DNA of 64,000 nucleotides from Candidatus Latescibacterota bacterium. GTDB taxonomy: Bacteria; Latescibacterota; UBA2968; SICM01. The stretch's first letter is position 1, and every line of letters begins with the position of its first letter. The position numbers and the translations under genes were made by a program. The DNA is taken from the NCBI GenBank assembly GCA_965217865.1, contig CBDCJO010000002.1, forward strand, positions 1,248,001 to 1,312,000, in the 5' to 3' direction. The notes under the pieces are model-generated. The model was not told the DNA's origin, did no database searches, and worked only from the letters and a program-made list of their open reading frames with translations. This document shows positions 39,552 to 49,705 of this stretch, piece by piece.

Positions 39552-40432
39552 GGAGTCACTTACGGCCTCTGGCAGGTGGTCGCGCTTTGAATACAAATCT
39601 GTTCTCCTGAACCTCAATTTCCCCCGACCGTCAATCGATGGTCATGGCTCGCAGGATCTCCCACTGCTCCTCTCTCATCGTTTGCGACGAGTACAAGGCC
39701 ACGCCTGAAGCTCCCGCATCAAGCGTTACTCGGACCGCTTCCTTGAACGCCTTCGGTTCCAGGCTGCTCACCATCAGCCAGGGATAAAGCGGTACGTCTC
39801 GCTCAAGTGATGCGATTCCCGCTCGCGTCTGTTCCCCGATCCAGGCCACGTCTTCCAGGTAGAAAGATTGATAGAGCATTGGGTGAACACCGTCCAGGTC
39901 CCATCTCGACCATTGCTGCCTAACGTGTTGCCAGTTTGAGAACACCGCCGCCGTCATTGCTTTGCCCCGGGCGCGCCCGATGGGCACCAGCATTTCATTT
40001 ACGATGCGGGTGATCAGATCGTAGCGGAACTGCAGCCATTCCTGGCTGGTCGTGGGGTCCTCCATCTCCAGCGGATCTGCCCCGTGCATCTTCTCGAAAT
40101 CGCCCCGACACGCCTCGCAGTAGCAATAATCGTACTCCGGGCACTCCCGGTGCTGGACGATTCCGTATTTCGGTTGCAGCCCCCTGGCCAGGATAGCGTC
40201 CTGTTGGCGGATAACGTCCAGGTAGATCCCGTCCAACTGGTCGAACCGTGCCAACTCGCTTATCCGTCGTTTCAGGAACTCGTGTACTCCGGAGCGGGAA
40301 GGGCAGAGGAATCTATAGGATCCAATGTAGGCGGGTTTGTCCCACGAAGATTCGCCTTTGCGGTTTACATTGAACCACTCCGGATGGTGTTCGTGCACCT
40401 CTGGAATATTGCAGTTCATGGTGTGAACCTAG

Positions 40433-41958
40433 CAGCCCGTTGAAGAACTACCTTTCAACGCACATAAACGGAAAAGACGCCTGGAGTGCGGGTCGGATAA
40501 ATCAAGGTAAGGAGATTGAGCAGGAGACGCTGATAAGAGGTTAAAAAGGTGACCGAGGGCAGCAAACGTGATTGTAGGACGAGCAGTAGACGCTGCAAGG
40601 CCTTGGCCAGGTCCTGGAGGGCCTTCGGAGTACCTACGCCCATCACTTTGCGCATGAGCAGAGCCAGGTTGCAGCCCCCGATGTGGATCAGCAAACGCTT
40701 GAGGATATTGCCGCGGTCTCTCAAGTGCAACCTGCGCATGCCACCGGTATCATATGTGTGAGCGATGGTTCTTTCCACCCGTTCTGCACGACTTCGGCGC
40801 AAGGCCTTGCCGCGATCTCCCTTGATCCGGCGTCGATTCGCATATACCGCGGCCTGCTCATCTCGTCGGCCGTTCCACTTGCGGCGTCCCCGATCCGGTT
40901 CTGAAATGTAACTCCGGATGCCGCCTTGCTTCAGACTGGTCAATACATCGTTGCTATGATATCCTTTGTCCGCAACCACCTCCCGTATACGCTGTCTGTG
41001 CAAACGTTTGGCAGCTTTTTCGTCCTTCGCGACCTGCTTGAGATTGAGCGGCGCCTCGAGCAGCGTCCAGGGCAACGACTCGGTATCTCCTTCATCTGCT
41101 CCCGACAACGCCACTGCCACAATGGCATTGGTGTCCAGATCCACCGCGTGCTCCACCTTGTGCGCCATGTGCGTGCGACCGTCCTTCATCTTAGCGATCT
41201 TGGCATCCGGGTCGTGCGGGTGCTCCCAGTCCTGGTTCGATCCCTTCTTCGGTCGCTTCTTATCGATCTTGGACAAGTCCTCGCGGGTAGGCGTTTCAAT
41301 GCCCGAGGCCTTGGCCAGATTCTCAAGGAATGCCTGGTAGCCTTCACCCGTGTCACGGCGTACAATGCTGCGCATCGCGGCGTTGGCCTCCAGTGTCGTA
41401 GCATCCACGCCCAACGTCTTCCCCTTCACCAGACCCGCTTTGCACAAGACCCTCAGGATCCACTTGAAAACCGCTTCGTGAACTTCCAAGGGAAGCCGAT
41501 GCCGGATGCGAGACAGGCTGGAATGATCCGGGGTCTGTTCGTCAAGGGCATACCCCAAAAACCGGCGCAACGTCAGCGAGTCAGATACACGCCATTCGAT
41601 CCCACGTTCCGAATCAAGTCCCTCGAAATACCCAATCAAAAGCATCCGAAAATAAACCCCGGGCGGAATGCCCTTGCGACCCATATGAGGAGCGTAATAC
41701 CGCTGGCAAAGCCCTTCGACGAACTCGTCGAAGCCGTTCGCCCCCAATACCTGATTCAGCTTCTCGTAGAACGGATGACCCGGAGATTTCACCAAAGTGT
41801 TCGATGCGATGAACAGGTTTTCCTGTCTCTGTCGTCCTCGTTTTCCCATTGCCATTTGCTCGTCCTCCCTTCTCAGTTTGAACCTGATATATCATAGGAC
41901 CAAACCACAAGGAAAGACAACAGTCATCTTGGCATAAACGCACTTTTTCAACAGGCTG
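40433..41958 (-). mobile_element. IS5/IS1182-like insertion sequence, copy 1 (1526 bp)
   Basis: Imperfect inverted repeats CAGCCCGTTGAAGAA / TTTTTCAACAGGCTG, CTAG on both flanks, near-identical to 51821-53346. Confidence 0.93.
40455..41855 (-). CDS. DDE transposase (DUF772 N-terminus)
   Basis: PPGVYFRML..GYFEG, PDHSSLSR, VDAT, VADKGY, RAERVE. Confidence 0.93.
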   Translation of the reverse strand: MAMGKRGRQRQENLFIASNTLVKSPGHPFYEKLNQVLGANGFDEFVEGLCQRYYAPHMGRKGIPPGVYFRMLLIGYFEGLDSERGIEWRVSDSLTLRRFLGYALDEQTPDHSSLSRIRHRLPLEVHEAVFKWILRVLCKAGLVKGKTLGVDATTLEANAAMRSIVRRDTGEGYQAFLENLAKASGIETPTREDLSKIDKKRPKKGSNQDWEHPHDPDAKIAKMKDGRTHMAHKVEHAVDLDTNAIVAVALSGADEGDTESLPWTLLEAPLNLKQVAKDEKAAKRLHRQRIREVVADKGYHSNDVLTSLKQGGIRSYISEPDRGRRKWNGRRDEQAAVYANRRRIKGDRGKALRRSRAERVERTIAHTYDTGGMRRLHLRDRGNILKRLLIHIGGCNLALLMRKVMGVGTPKALQDLAKALQRLLLVLQSRLLPSVTFLTSYQRLLLNLLTLIYPTRTPGVFSVYVR

Positions 41959-42302
41959 CTAGGCGTGGACTTCAAGGCCTTCAGCCTTGGCCAGCGGCAT
42001 GATTCGCTCAAGCCACGGCTCCTTCACCGGCAGGTGCCCGCTTCCGTAGAACGCTTCCCAGCTGTTGAATACCTCCGGTACAATGACGTCCAGGCCGTGG
42101 AATCGCCAGTGGGAAAATCGCCGTCGCCACTCATCGTCAGTAGCCTGCAAGCCGGCCGCAATAGAGATCCAGTGCTTGGTCGGGACATTACCCCGGTGCA
42201 GGATTGGCGCCGTGCAACCGAGCTTCCAACCTCCCGCGACGAGGGCTGTGGTCTTAAGAAACTGCCGTCGGTCCATTCCTGTCCCTTCATCAACCATGTC
42301 TG

Positions 42303-43265
42303 TCATCGGTTACTAAGTGGGCGGTTGGGGGTCGATTGCACATCATAGTTGATGAACGACAAGATCAATTGGCTTCCAAGAATCACGGGTAAAGCTGCCA
42401 GCATAACGGTCCCGCTGGGGGCGTTGGTTCCCTGCCGTATATATTCTATCCACCGGGTAATTCCAAACCAGACACCAAAGGAGAAAAACCCGATGCCCAA
42501 AAGCAGTTCGAGAGAGGCGATATTGAAATCCCTAAGATAGTAGTTGTAGAAGATACGCTTGATAAAATTTCGCAGGTGATTTATCAAGAAGACCGGTATC
42601 TCTCTAAGAATGTTCAGATTGCTTTTCTCTTCGCCATAGCTGTCATTCATCGGGACATCAACCACCATCGCTCGAACGAGATTGAGCCGGAAGAGCATGT
42701 CGCTCTCAAAAAAATAGCGTTGATGTATCTTTTCTGAAGTGAGCAAGGAAAAAACATCCCGGTGGATGGCAATATAGCCGTTTGTGGGGTCGAACAAATT
42801 CCAGTAACCACTGGAGAGCTTAGAAAGAAAAGAGAGTGCAGCGTTTCCCACGATTCGCATAAGAGGCATTCCTTTGATATTTTGCGGATTGTGGAAACGG
42901 TTGCCTTTGGTATAGTCCGCACGTCCCTCCTCGATGGGAATCGTGAACCGATGTAGAATCGCCGGATCCATCTGCCCGTCACCGTCGATCTTTACGAGAA
43001 TTTCGGCACCATCCTTCGCCGCACGGGCGAAACCGGTTAAGGTTGCGCCGCCTACCCCTCGGTTCTCCTCGTGATAGATCACCTCCACGCGAGAGCTGTT
43101 GATATGTTCGGCAACATACCGTCCGCTTCCCTCCGGACAGGCATCGTCCACGATGTAAATTCGGAAGGCTTGCTCTCCGATCCCCTCTACGACGGACAGG
43201 ATATGTCTCCTAACCTTGTAACATGGAATGATTACTGCAACGGACGGTGCGGTTCCTTCCTCCAT
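42303..43265 (-). CDS. Glycosyltransferase family 2 with C-terminal TM helices
   Basis: IIPCY, VDDACPE, NRGVGGA, DGDGQMDP, KGNRF, FFESDML. Confidence 0.9.
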   Translation of the reverse strand: MEEGTAPSVAVIIPCYKVRRHILSVVEGIGEQAFRIYIVDDACPEGSGRYVAEHINSSRVEVIYHEENRGVGGATLTGFARAAKDGAEILVKIDGDGQMDPAILHRFTIPIEEGRADYTKGNRFHNPQNIKGMPLMRIVGNAALSFLSKLSSGYWNLFDPTNGYIAIHRDVFSLLTSEKIHQRYFFESDMLFRLNLVRAMVVDVPMNDSYGEEKSNLNILREIPVFLINHLRNFIKRIFYNYYLRDFNIASLELLLGIGFFSFGVWFGITRWIEYIRQGTNAPSGTVMLAALPVILGSQLILSFINYDVQSTPNRPLSNR

Positions 43266-43267
43266 GC

Positions 43268-44668
43268 CTATCCTTCCCTTTTGGGTTTGAGCGATGGTGC
43301 GAGTTTAATCGCATAAAAACAGTAGAGGGGGAGTAGCAGACCCGTCACATGTAAGAAGAATCTTCCCACATTGGTTCCAACTAAAGTGAATTCTACATTT
43401 GCGGTAAAGTTGGAGAGGTAGACGATGCATATGACGATAGAAAAAAGATAGACCGTCAGCGCTTTGACATTCGCGTTGCCCTTCCGGATTAACAATGAGA
43501 CACCCAGAACAAAGAAGAACCACCAAAAGATATTGAAAATACCCCAGCCGAAGAGAAACCCATAGGTCATGCGGAACGCGTCGGGATCAAAAGCATGAGG
43601 GACAAGCAATTCAAGTCTTGGAGAATGAGGGGCTAGCAATCCAAGTCTGGTGCCTAGATTTATGATGAGTTCATCTCCGATCCAATAGTAAATAGTCAAC
43701 AAAACCACCGCCATTATTATCTGTACAGAAAATATTCTTTTCCACGGGATGTTCTTGTCGCGATTCAGGTAGCAACTGAGCCAGATCAAGCCCAACCAAA
43801 ATGCCCACATTTTTCCTTCCATCTTGGTGAGGATGCTGCCCAGAATAGCGGTAATACCGATGATTAACCACAGGGAATCCGGTTTCTTCCCACCCAGGAA
43901 TGCGAGGGTGAGAAACCCCATTCCCATCAGGAAAAAGTAACCCACCGGCAGGTCGTTGAAGCCGATCCGAATGGCGTGCATAACGGCGAGGGGGATGGCC
44001 GAGAAGAGGTATGCGCACGCCAGCGAGGCGGTCAGATTCCGGGTAATTCGTAGGCAAACCGTGAAGACGATTCCTATACTTGAGAGATAGACCATCAGCC
44101 ACGGCAGACCTAAGACGCTGTCGCGCCAACGATCGAGGAAAAGCCTCACCCAGGCAAAGAGGAGAGGCGGTCCCCAGGGGGAGTCAATCGGATGTCCTTT
44201 AAGGACTTCGGAGGGGGTGACCCCCTCGCCGATTTTTTTCGCGAAGCCCACATAGCCGATGTGATATGCCGCATCCGAATCGATGACCGAGTTGACAAGG
44301 TTGACATAGACCACCAGACCCACCTTGATCAGGATCAGTGCGAGGAGGAGTCCGTCGTACCAATGCGGCCGATGCTCGATAATGACCATCGGTTCCCCCC
44401 GTGCCGCCTGGATATGGCACCGGATACCGAATGCGGTTAGTGCCAACAAAACCCCCGATACCACCATGTGCCAACCGGTCACCATCCATTCCGTGCGCAC
44501 CAACAAGTGGCCGAAAAAGTAGAGGATTACGACGCCGATGCCCCAGGCAAAGGGGACCCACGACAACCATTGGATACGCTCCCGAAAGGAGACGATCTGG
44601 AGAAGGCCCAGCCCCCCTAGAATCAACAGGAGTTGGCTGAACAGAGCAATTCCAAACACCTTAATCAT
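43268..44668 (-). CDS. Polytopic membrane protein, probable GT-C glycosyltransferase
   Basis: About 12 hydrophobic segments, luminal DSD, GFNDLP, TKMEG; adjacent to a GT2. Confidence 0.6.
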   Translation of the reverse strand: MIKVFGIALFSQLLLILGGLGLLQIVSFRERIQWLSWVPFAWGIGVVILYFFGHLLVRTEWMVTGWHMVVSGVLLALTAFGIRCHIQAARGEPMVIIEHRPHWYDGLLLALILIKVGLVVYVNLVNSVIDSDAAYHIGYVGFAKKIGEGVTPSEVLKGHPIDSPWGPPLLFAWVRLFLDRWRDSVLGLPWLMVYLSSIGIVFTVCLRITRNLTASLACAYLFSAIPLAVMHAIRIGFNDLPVGYFFLMGMGFLTLAFLGGKKPDSLWLIIGITAILGSILTKMEGKMWAFWLGLIWLSCYLNRDKNIPWKRIFSVQIIMAVVLLTIYYWIGDELIINLGTRLGLLAPHSPRLELLVPHAFDPDAFRMTYGFLFGWGIFNIFWWFFFVLGVSLLIRKGNANVKALTVYLFSIVICIVYLSNFTANVEFTLVGTNVGRFFLHVTGLLLPLYCFYAIKLAPSLKPKREG

Positions 44669-44691
44669 GGATGATCTTTAGCAGTTTGGCG

Positions 44692-45837
44692 TTATGAGAA
44701 ACCTGTCCGATCGTTTCTACCTTGTGGGTTGCTTTGGTGTTCCCGGTGCTGGATGATTCCTAGGTTTCGATCGTGGATCAGTTTTCGGGGATGGTAGTAG
44801 AAGATAAATTGGGTATTCTCGTCAATATGGGCATTGTTCCCATAACGATCACGCACGTTGTCATACTCTCCATAGTATAGAAACCAAACCCAGTTGGTCT
44901 CGCCGCGAACGGGCCACGGAATCGGGTCGGGGAAGGCCACCGGGGTTCCGTTGGGAACATGCCTTTTCAGAAGGCGATCTAATCTTGCGAATTCCAGGCC
45001 GAAACGGGATCTATATTCCTCGAACCGGTCGACGTGCCAGGCCGAGATGGTGCTGCTATATTTAGCGTGTTTCAAGAGGGTATGATTGACCGTCACATCG
45101 AAGAGGACAAAGCAAGCAAGCGCCCCCCAGAAGAAAAGGAGAATTGTGTCCCGCCGTGTTCGGATCAGGACGATGGTACCGAGTAGCGCGGCAACGCTCC
45201 CTAACGCCGTACTCAGGGGGACGCCCAACACATCCAGACCATACTGGAAATTTATGGAGCTGACTTTTACTGGTTCCACAGTCCAGTACTCCTCCCATGC
45301 GACCCGAGCCAAGTCGATCAGATTCAGCTGGGAAAGGAGTGCGATTCGTCTGATCTCGGTATTGGTTTGCAGGATCAGGCCAAAGCGATTGATTTGTCCT
45401 TTGCCGGGAAAACGGTCGTCCCACGCATAGCGTTTGTTCCAAGGCCGATCGTTCTGGGTGTCTATCAGGATGGTGGAAGCCATCGCTGGGACCTTCACAG
45501 GAATCGTAAACGCATTTTCGATCTCCGGTATCCACACCAAGGACACAGTACGTTCTCCCGGTGTGGGTGCCAGCTCCACCTTGACATATGGCGTATCTTT
45601 CCACCGCAGTCCCCTGAGGGCCTTCTGCTCGTCCTTTGGGTGGCTTAGGAGAAAAGCGGTTGTGTCGACTTCGATCTCAAGCCCATCGAGGGTTTGGGTT
45701 GCAGCCTTCACCCCACCCTGTACCTGCCAATTATTTTGGACACAGAAATCATAGACGACTTTTTTGAAGAAAGGTTGGATGAGGAAATATCCAACTAATA
45801 GGATCGGCAAGGAGAACATTATCAAGCGGGTGGTCAT
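44692..45837 (-). CDS. Hypothetical membrane protein (possible frameshift near the C-terminus)
   Basis: N-terminal and internal TM segments; an alternative frame after ~44745 reads THKVETIGQVSHNAKLLKIIHD* and overlaps the next ATG. Confidence 0.6.
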   Translation of the reverse strand: MTTRLIMFSLPILLVGYFLIQPFFKKVVYDFCVQNNWQVQGGVKAATQTLDGLEIEVDTTAFLLSHPKDEQKALRGLRWKDTPYVKVELAPTPGERTVSLVWIPEIENAFTIPVKVPAMASTILIDTQNDRPWNKRYAWDDRFPGKGQINRFGLILQTNTEIRRIALLSQLNLIDLARVAWEEYWTVEPVKVSSINFQYGLDVLGVPLSTALGSVAALLGTIVLIRTRRDTILLFFWGALACFVLFDVTVNHTLLKHAKYSSTISAWHVDRFEEYRSRFGLEFARLDRLLKRHVPNGTPVAFPDPIPWPVRGETNWVWFLYYGEYDNVRDRYGNNAHIDENTQFIFYYHPRKLIHDRNLGIIQHREHQSNPQGRNDRTGFS

Positions 45838-46025
45838 AATCGGGCTTTCGAGCCTACGGTTGAATCATTCGACTTCCGTGATCGAGACGATCGGGTTTTC
45901 TAGCGGTTATTTGCATTATTTAGAGCATTAGACAGGAATGTCAAGAAAATTCGCTTCCATTTACCCAGGTTTTCCCCATCGTCTTGATTCCTTCCATTGC
46001 TCCGCATTTTTTATTTCATTTTCGT

Positions 46026-46073
46026 AAAAAAAAGCAGAGCCACAAGGCCTCCACACCTTGTATTAAACTCTGC
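46026..46073 (-). terminator. Intrinsic terminator after the propeller gene
   Basis: Minus strand GCAGAG..ACAAGG..CCTTGT..CTCTGC followed by T8. Confidence 0.6.
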
Positions 46074-46149
46074 CGGGGCGACCCGATCTGAGCCGTCCGA
46101 TGCTTACCGATCCCAAATTATTTCTCGGCCGTCTACCTTATCCTCGACC

Positions 46150-47643
46150 CTACTTGATGACCCTCCGGAACTGGATGTCTACCGGGAGAAAGAAAGTCAC
46201 TGGAAGTGATCCGATAGCCCCCTGGGATTCGAGATCCACGACCTTTACACCTACCTCAACACCCCCGTTCTGTGTGACAAACATGGCGTACGCCGTCTTT
46301 CCATCCGGTGCGACGCCGAACACATCAACATCCACCCCCAGTTCAATGCGGTCCACCGTCCCTGTCTCTGTATCAAGGATGATAAACTCGCCGATGAGGG
46401 TCGGAACCCCTTCGGAGGACCCGGGGACGATGGTCAGGATGTTTCGAAGCAGGGTTGCGTAGACCGTCTTCCCGTTAGACGAGACATCCACACCCTTGAT
46501 TCTTGACTCCCGATGGGGTTCGTCCGGTTTCGTCGCAAAAAACTCGATAACCTCATCGGTCTCTATGTCCACGACGCTTATGGTATCGCCAATCTCGTTA
46601 CTCAGATAAGCTCTCTTCCCATCCGGCGCCATGGCGATCCACGCCGGGTTCGAGTTTGGTATGAAGATGGAATCTTTCAAAACCTCCGCTAACAGATCGA
46701 TGACGAGTAATTGATCCGTTCGATTCCCGACATAGGCTTTCTGCCCATCCGTTGTGAGCGTGATACCTCTCGGACTCCCGGGAAGGGGGATGAACTTAGC
46801 CTGATTTTTGGATGTCAGGTCTACGACTGCCACACCCCGGGTATCCCCAAGGAATGGTAACACGTCCACGGTGACATAGCCCCGCTGACCGTCTGGAGAA
46901 ATCGCGATTTTGAATCCGTTCTCTATAGGCAAGGAAAATTCGAATGTGCCGTCCGGCTGAAAGGCCCTGAAGGAATCCGTGCTGGCAACATAAAGAAAGC
47001 TGCCGTTCGGCGAGAAAGCGAGGCCCCTGGGTTGGGGGACATTAATCGTACCCACGCTCAGATTATCCCGCAGGTTGACGATCTCGATCGTCCCCTTAAA
47101 AAGAGGGCCCCCAAACTGGTCCGCGATGTAGGCGGTTACTTCCTCTGTAGCGCCACCCCCCTCCTCCCCTTCTTTCTTCCCGAAATCCGCCGCGAAAAGA
47201 AAGAAGTCATCAAAGTTGATCATTCCGTTGTCGTCGAGGTCGAGCTTCGCGTCGAAAATCTCTTCTCCTTGCTCTGTCCCGAAAACCGCCGCGAACAGAA
47301 AAAAGTCTTCAAGATCCACAGATCCGTCGCGATCAAAGTCGGCCTTCAAAGGGGTCGCCTGACTGGGTGAAGGGGCGCCATACGGTGTTGCATCTGCACC
47401 GAGGACAACAACCGCATCCGCCTTTTCATCTGTGTTTTCTGGAACTTGAGAAAACAACGGATAAGAGATGATCCACAGGAGAGGGGTGCTCGACAGAATG
47501 AGCGTGAAGATTAACCCCCCTAAGCAGATGCGATACGCAGGCTTGAAGCAAGCCGGACTTCTGGACCGGAGGATGACCGCCAAACCGACGACTGCAACGA
47601 AAAAAAACGGGCTGAACAACAGCTCTTCGACCAGACCCCTCAA
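46150..47643 (-). CDS. Chimeric protein: YdcF/DUF218-like N-terminus + dockerin-like module + YVTN/YncE beta-propeller
   Basis: TM helices then ADAVVVLG; ADFDRDGSVDLEDFFLFA/DLDDNGMINFDDFFLFA; repeated P.G.A.SPDG..YV motifs; TTG start after a GGAGG/GAGG-rich RBS. Confidence 0.7.
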   Translation of the reverse strand: MRGLVEELLFSPFFFVAVVGLAVILRSRSPACFKPAYRICLGGLIFTLILSSTPLLWIISYPLFSQVPENTDEKADAVVVLGADATPYGAPSPSQATPLKADFDRDGSVDLEDFFLFAAVFGTEQGEEIFDAKLDLDDNGMINFDDFFLFAADFGKKEGEEGGGATEEVTAYIADQFGGPLFKGTIEIVNLRDNLSVGTINVPQPRGLAFSPNGSFLYVASTDSFRAFQPDGTFEFSLPIENGFKIAISPDGQRGYVTVDVLPFLGDTRGVAVVDLTSKNQAKFIPLPGSPRGITLTTDGQKAYVGNRTDQLLVIDLLAEVLKDSIFIPNSNPAWIAMAPDGKRAYLSNEIGDTISVVDIETDEVIEFFATKPDEPHRESRIKGVDVSSNGKTVYATLLRNILTIVPGSSEGVPTLIGEFIILDTETGTVDRIELGVDVDVFGVAPDGKTAYAMFVTQNGGVEVGVKVVDLESQGAIGSLPVTFFLPVDIQFRRVIK

Positions 47644-47680
47644 CCTCTTCCTCCGATGAATACCAGTACGTTTATCGACT

Positions 47681-48595
47681 TTACCGGATCTCCGCAAGAA
47701 TCCTTTTCGACACCTTGCACACCATCGTATAGGCCGGATCAAATATATTTCCAAGGTCGTATTCCACGCACTGGCCTAACAGGATGTGAGCCGACCGAGC
47801 GTCCAAGTCGTAATCCTGTTCAAGCCACCGCACCATCTCCGACGTTGCGTGTTGTACGCACTGATCGAGCGGGCGGGCGTTTCCAATCGTCATGATATAA
47901 TCCTCATTTTCCGCCCTCGGCCATTCGATCTGTCTCCCCTTGATCAGGCCGACCGTAAACGAAACATCGAAGGAGATCTCGATCCCGGTACCAACGATCT
48001 CCCCATCCCCCTGAAGCGCGTGTCCATCCCCGAGGTGGAATAGCGCCCCGGGAACGAAAACGGGGAGATATACGGTCACCCCCTCGACAAACCCCCGATA
48101 GTCCATGTTCCCCCCGTGAGTGGAAGAGATGGCCGTGGAAATGGCCTGCCCCCAGGGCGGCGCTACACCGAAACAACCCAGCATCGGGGACAATGGGAGG
48201 GAGAGGCTGCCTAATTTTGTCTGGGGTTCAATCATCGTGGCTTTACCCTCCTCGAGATCCACCTCCCACTTGGACAACATTCGTTCCGGGCTCTCTTGGA
48301 CGTGGTCGGGTTCCAGAACGTTCGGCGCAATGACGGTAGCGCTGAAACCAAACTTCCTGTTGGGCGTTAACCGGTCAAAGTGAACCGAGAGGGTGTCACC
48401 CGGCTCTGCGCCCCTGACAAAAAAGGGGCCGGTCTGTGGATTCCCGCCCGCCGTCACCTGATCACTCGAAGCGTCCCCTCCCCTTGCGTCCACCGTCGTG
48501 GTGATAACCGTGTCGCCGGATGTGATTGTCAAGACCGGTTCGTGTGCTCCAATCGCTCTATGATACGTACTGGGTTCAAATCTGTGTGTAGCCAT
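47681..48595 (-). CDS. Acetamidase/formamidase family protein
   Basis: TGPFFVRGAEPGD, HGGNMD, GDGHALQGDGE. Confidence 0.92.
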   Translation of the reverse strand: MATHRFEPSTYHRAIGAHEPVLTITSGDTVITTTVDARGGDASSDQVTAGGNPQTGPFFVRGAEPGDTLSVHFDRLTPNRKFGFSATVIAPNVLEPDHVQESPERMLSKWEVDLEEGKATMIEPQTKLGSLSLPLSPMLGCFGVAPPWGQAISTAISSTHGGNMDYRGFVEGVTVYLPVFVPGALFHLGDGHALQGDGEIVGTGIEISFDVSFTVGLIKGRQIEWPRAENEDYIMTIGNARPLDQCVQHATSEMVRWLEQDYDLDARSAHILLGQCVEYDLGNIFDPAYTMVCKVSKRILAEIR

Positions 48596-48628
48596 CTTCC
48601 CTCTCCAATGATCTGTTCATCGCGTTTG

Positions 48629-49705
48629 TTAAGAGAGCTTGACATCTTTTCGCCTGAAATTTGAAATCTTCTGCCATTGGCCTTTCCAAAAGGACTCCCC
48701 ACCGACAAAGAAGATAACCGCGGCCTGTAAAATCGTTACGAGATCCCTTGGCACCCCTGCCGTTAGCTGGAGAAACCGGTCAGCCGTTCGAAATCCACCA
48801 AACAGGAGGGCCGTTACGATGACACCCATGGGATGGTTACGAGCGAGGAGGGCAACCGCAATACCGTCGAACCCGTAACCCGGAGAGAACTGCGCGTAAA
48901 ACGTGCCGTGGACGCCACAAACCTCAACCGCCCCCGCCAGACCCGCAAGCCCCCCGCTTATCGTTAGAGTCTGGATAGTGATCCGATCCACGTTGATACC
49001 GGAGCTGAAGCTGGCCACAGGATTGTGACCCACCGCTCGCACCTCGAACCCATATGGGGTGTCAAACAGAAGGATACAGAGGAGACCGCAGAGAATTAAA
49101 GCGATTAGCAGACCCGCATTAACACCCACGGGTGGGACACTCCACAGGACAGGAAGGACGGCGCTCTCGGCGATATCCTGCGTCCGAGACGCCGCTTCCG
49201 AAGCTGCCATCGGTCCGTTTACGAGGTAGCCCGTCAAGTGAATAGCGATATAGTTCATTAATATCGTGTTGATGACTTCGTGGACCCCTCGCCGGGCCTT
49301 GAGCCATCCGGGAATCGCCCCCCAGATGGCCCCCGCACAGGTCCCCGCCAAAAGCGCCATCGGAAGATGGACGACGCCCGGAAGCCGAATAAATCCTATG
49401 CCCACAGCGGCGGCGGCGACTCCTCCAACGTAGAGCTGCCCTTCTCCACCTATATTGAACAGACCCGCCCGAAGTCCAAACGCCACGGCCAAACCGACGA
49501 ACATCAGGGGAGTCGCCTTCATCAGTGTAGAGGTGATCCCTTCGGCCGAACCGAAGGCACCGACAAACAGAGCCCCCATGGCCCTGGAGGGATCTCCACC
49601 CGAGAGGGTAACCACAACACCGCATACGGCCAGAGAAAGAAAAAGCGGGAACAAGATCGAAAAAACCCGTTGCGCCTTCGCCCGCAAATTTCTCATAAGC
49701 TTCAC
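48629..49705 (-). CDS. ABC permease (CUT2 nucleoside/sugar type)
   Basis: GLFNIGGEGQ, HEVINTILMNY, GYGFDGIAVALLARNHP. Confidence 0.9.
   Translation of the reverse strand: MKLMRNLRAKAQRVFSILFPLFLSLAVCGVVVTLSGGDPSRAMGALFVGAFGSAEGITSTLMKATPLMFVGLAVAFGLRAGLFNIGGEGQLYVGGVAAAAVGIGFIRLPGVVHLPMALLAGTCAGAIWGAIPGWLKARRGVHEVINTILMNYIAIHLTGYLVNGPMAASEAASRTQDIAESAVLPVLWSVPPVGVNAGLLIALILCGLLCILLFDTPYGFEVRAVGHNPVASFSSGINVDRITIQTLTISGGLAGLAGAVEVCGVHGTFYAQFSPGYGFDGIAVALLARNHPMGVIVTALLFGGFRTADRFLQLTAGVPRDLVTILQAAVIFFVGGESFWKGQWQKISNFRRKDVKLS

Larger units (their letters stand above)
39631..42306 (-). pseudogene. Tat-exported GHL10-like glycoside hydrolase split by an IS
   Basis: 5' part 41959-42306 (MDRRQFLK Tat motif ... 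GLEVHA); 3' part 39631-40428 (HPEWF, FLCP, DGIYLD, PMLY). Confidence 0.82.

Noticed and set aside
40926-41897. 323-aa ORF antisense to the transposase (also 51882-52853)
   Set aside because: Shadow ORF with no recognisable motifs; it recurs only because the IS is duplicated.
41959-41961. Amber recoding (alternative genetic code)
   Set aside because: TAG terminates ordinary genes here (trpA, argS), and no other in-frame TAG was noticed in conserved genes.
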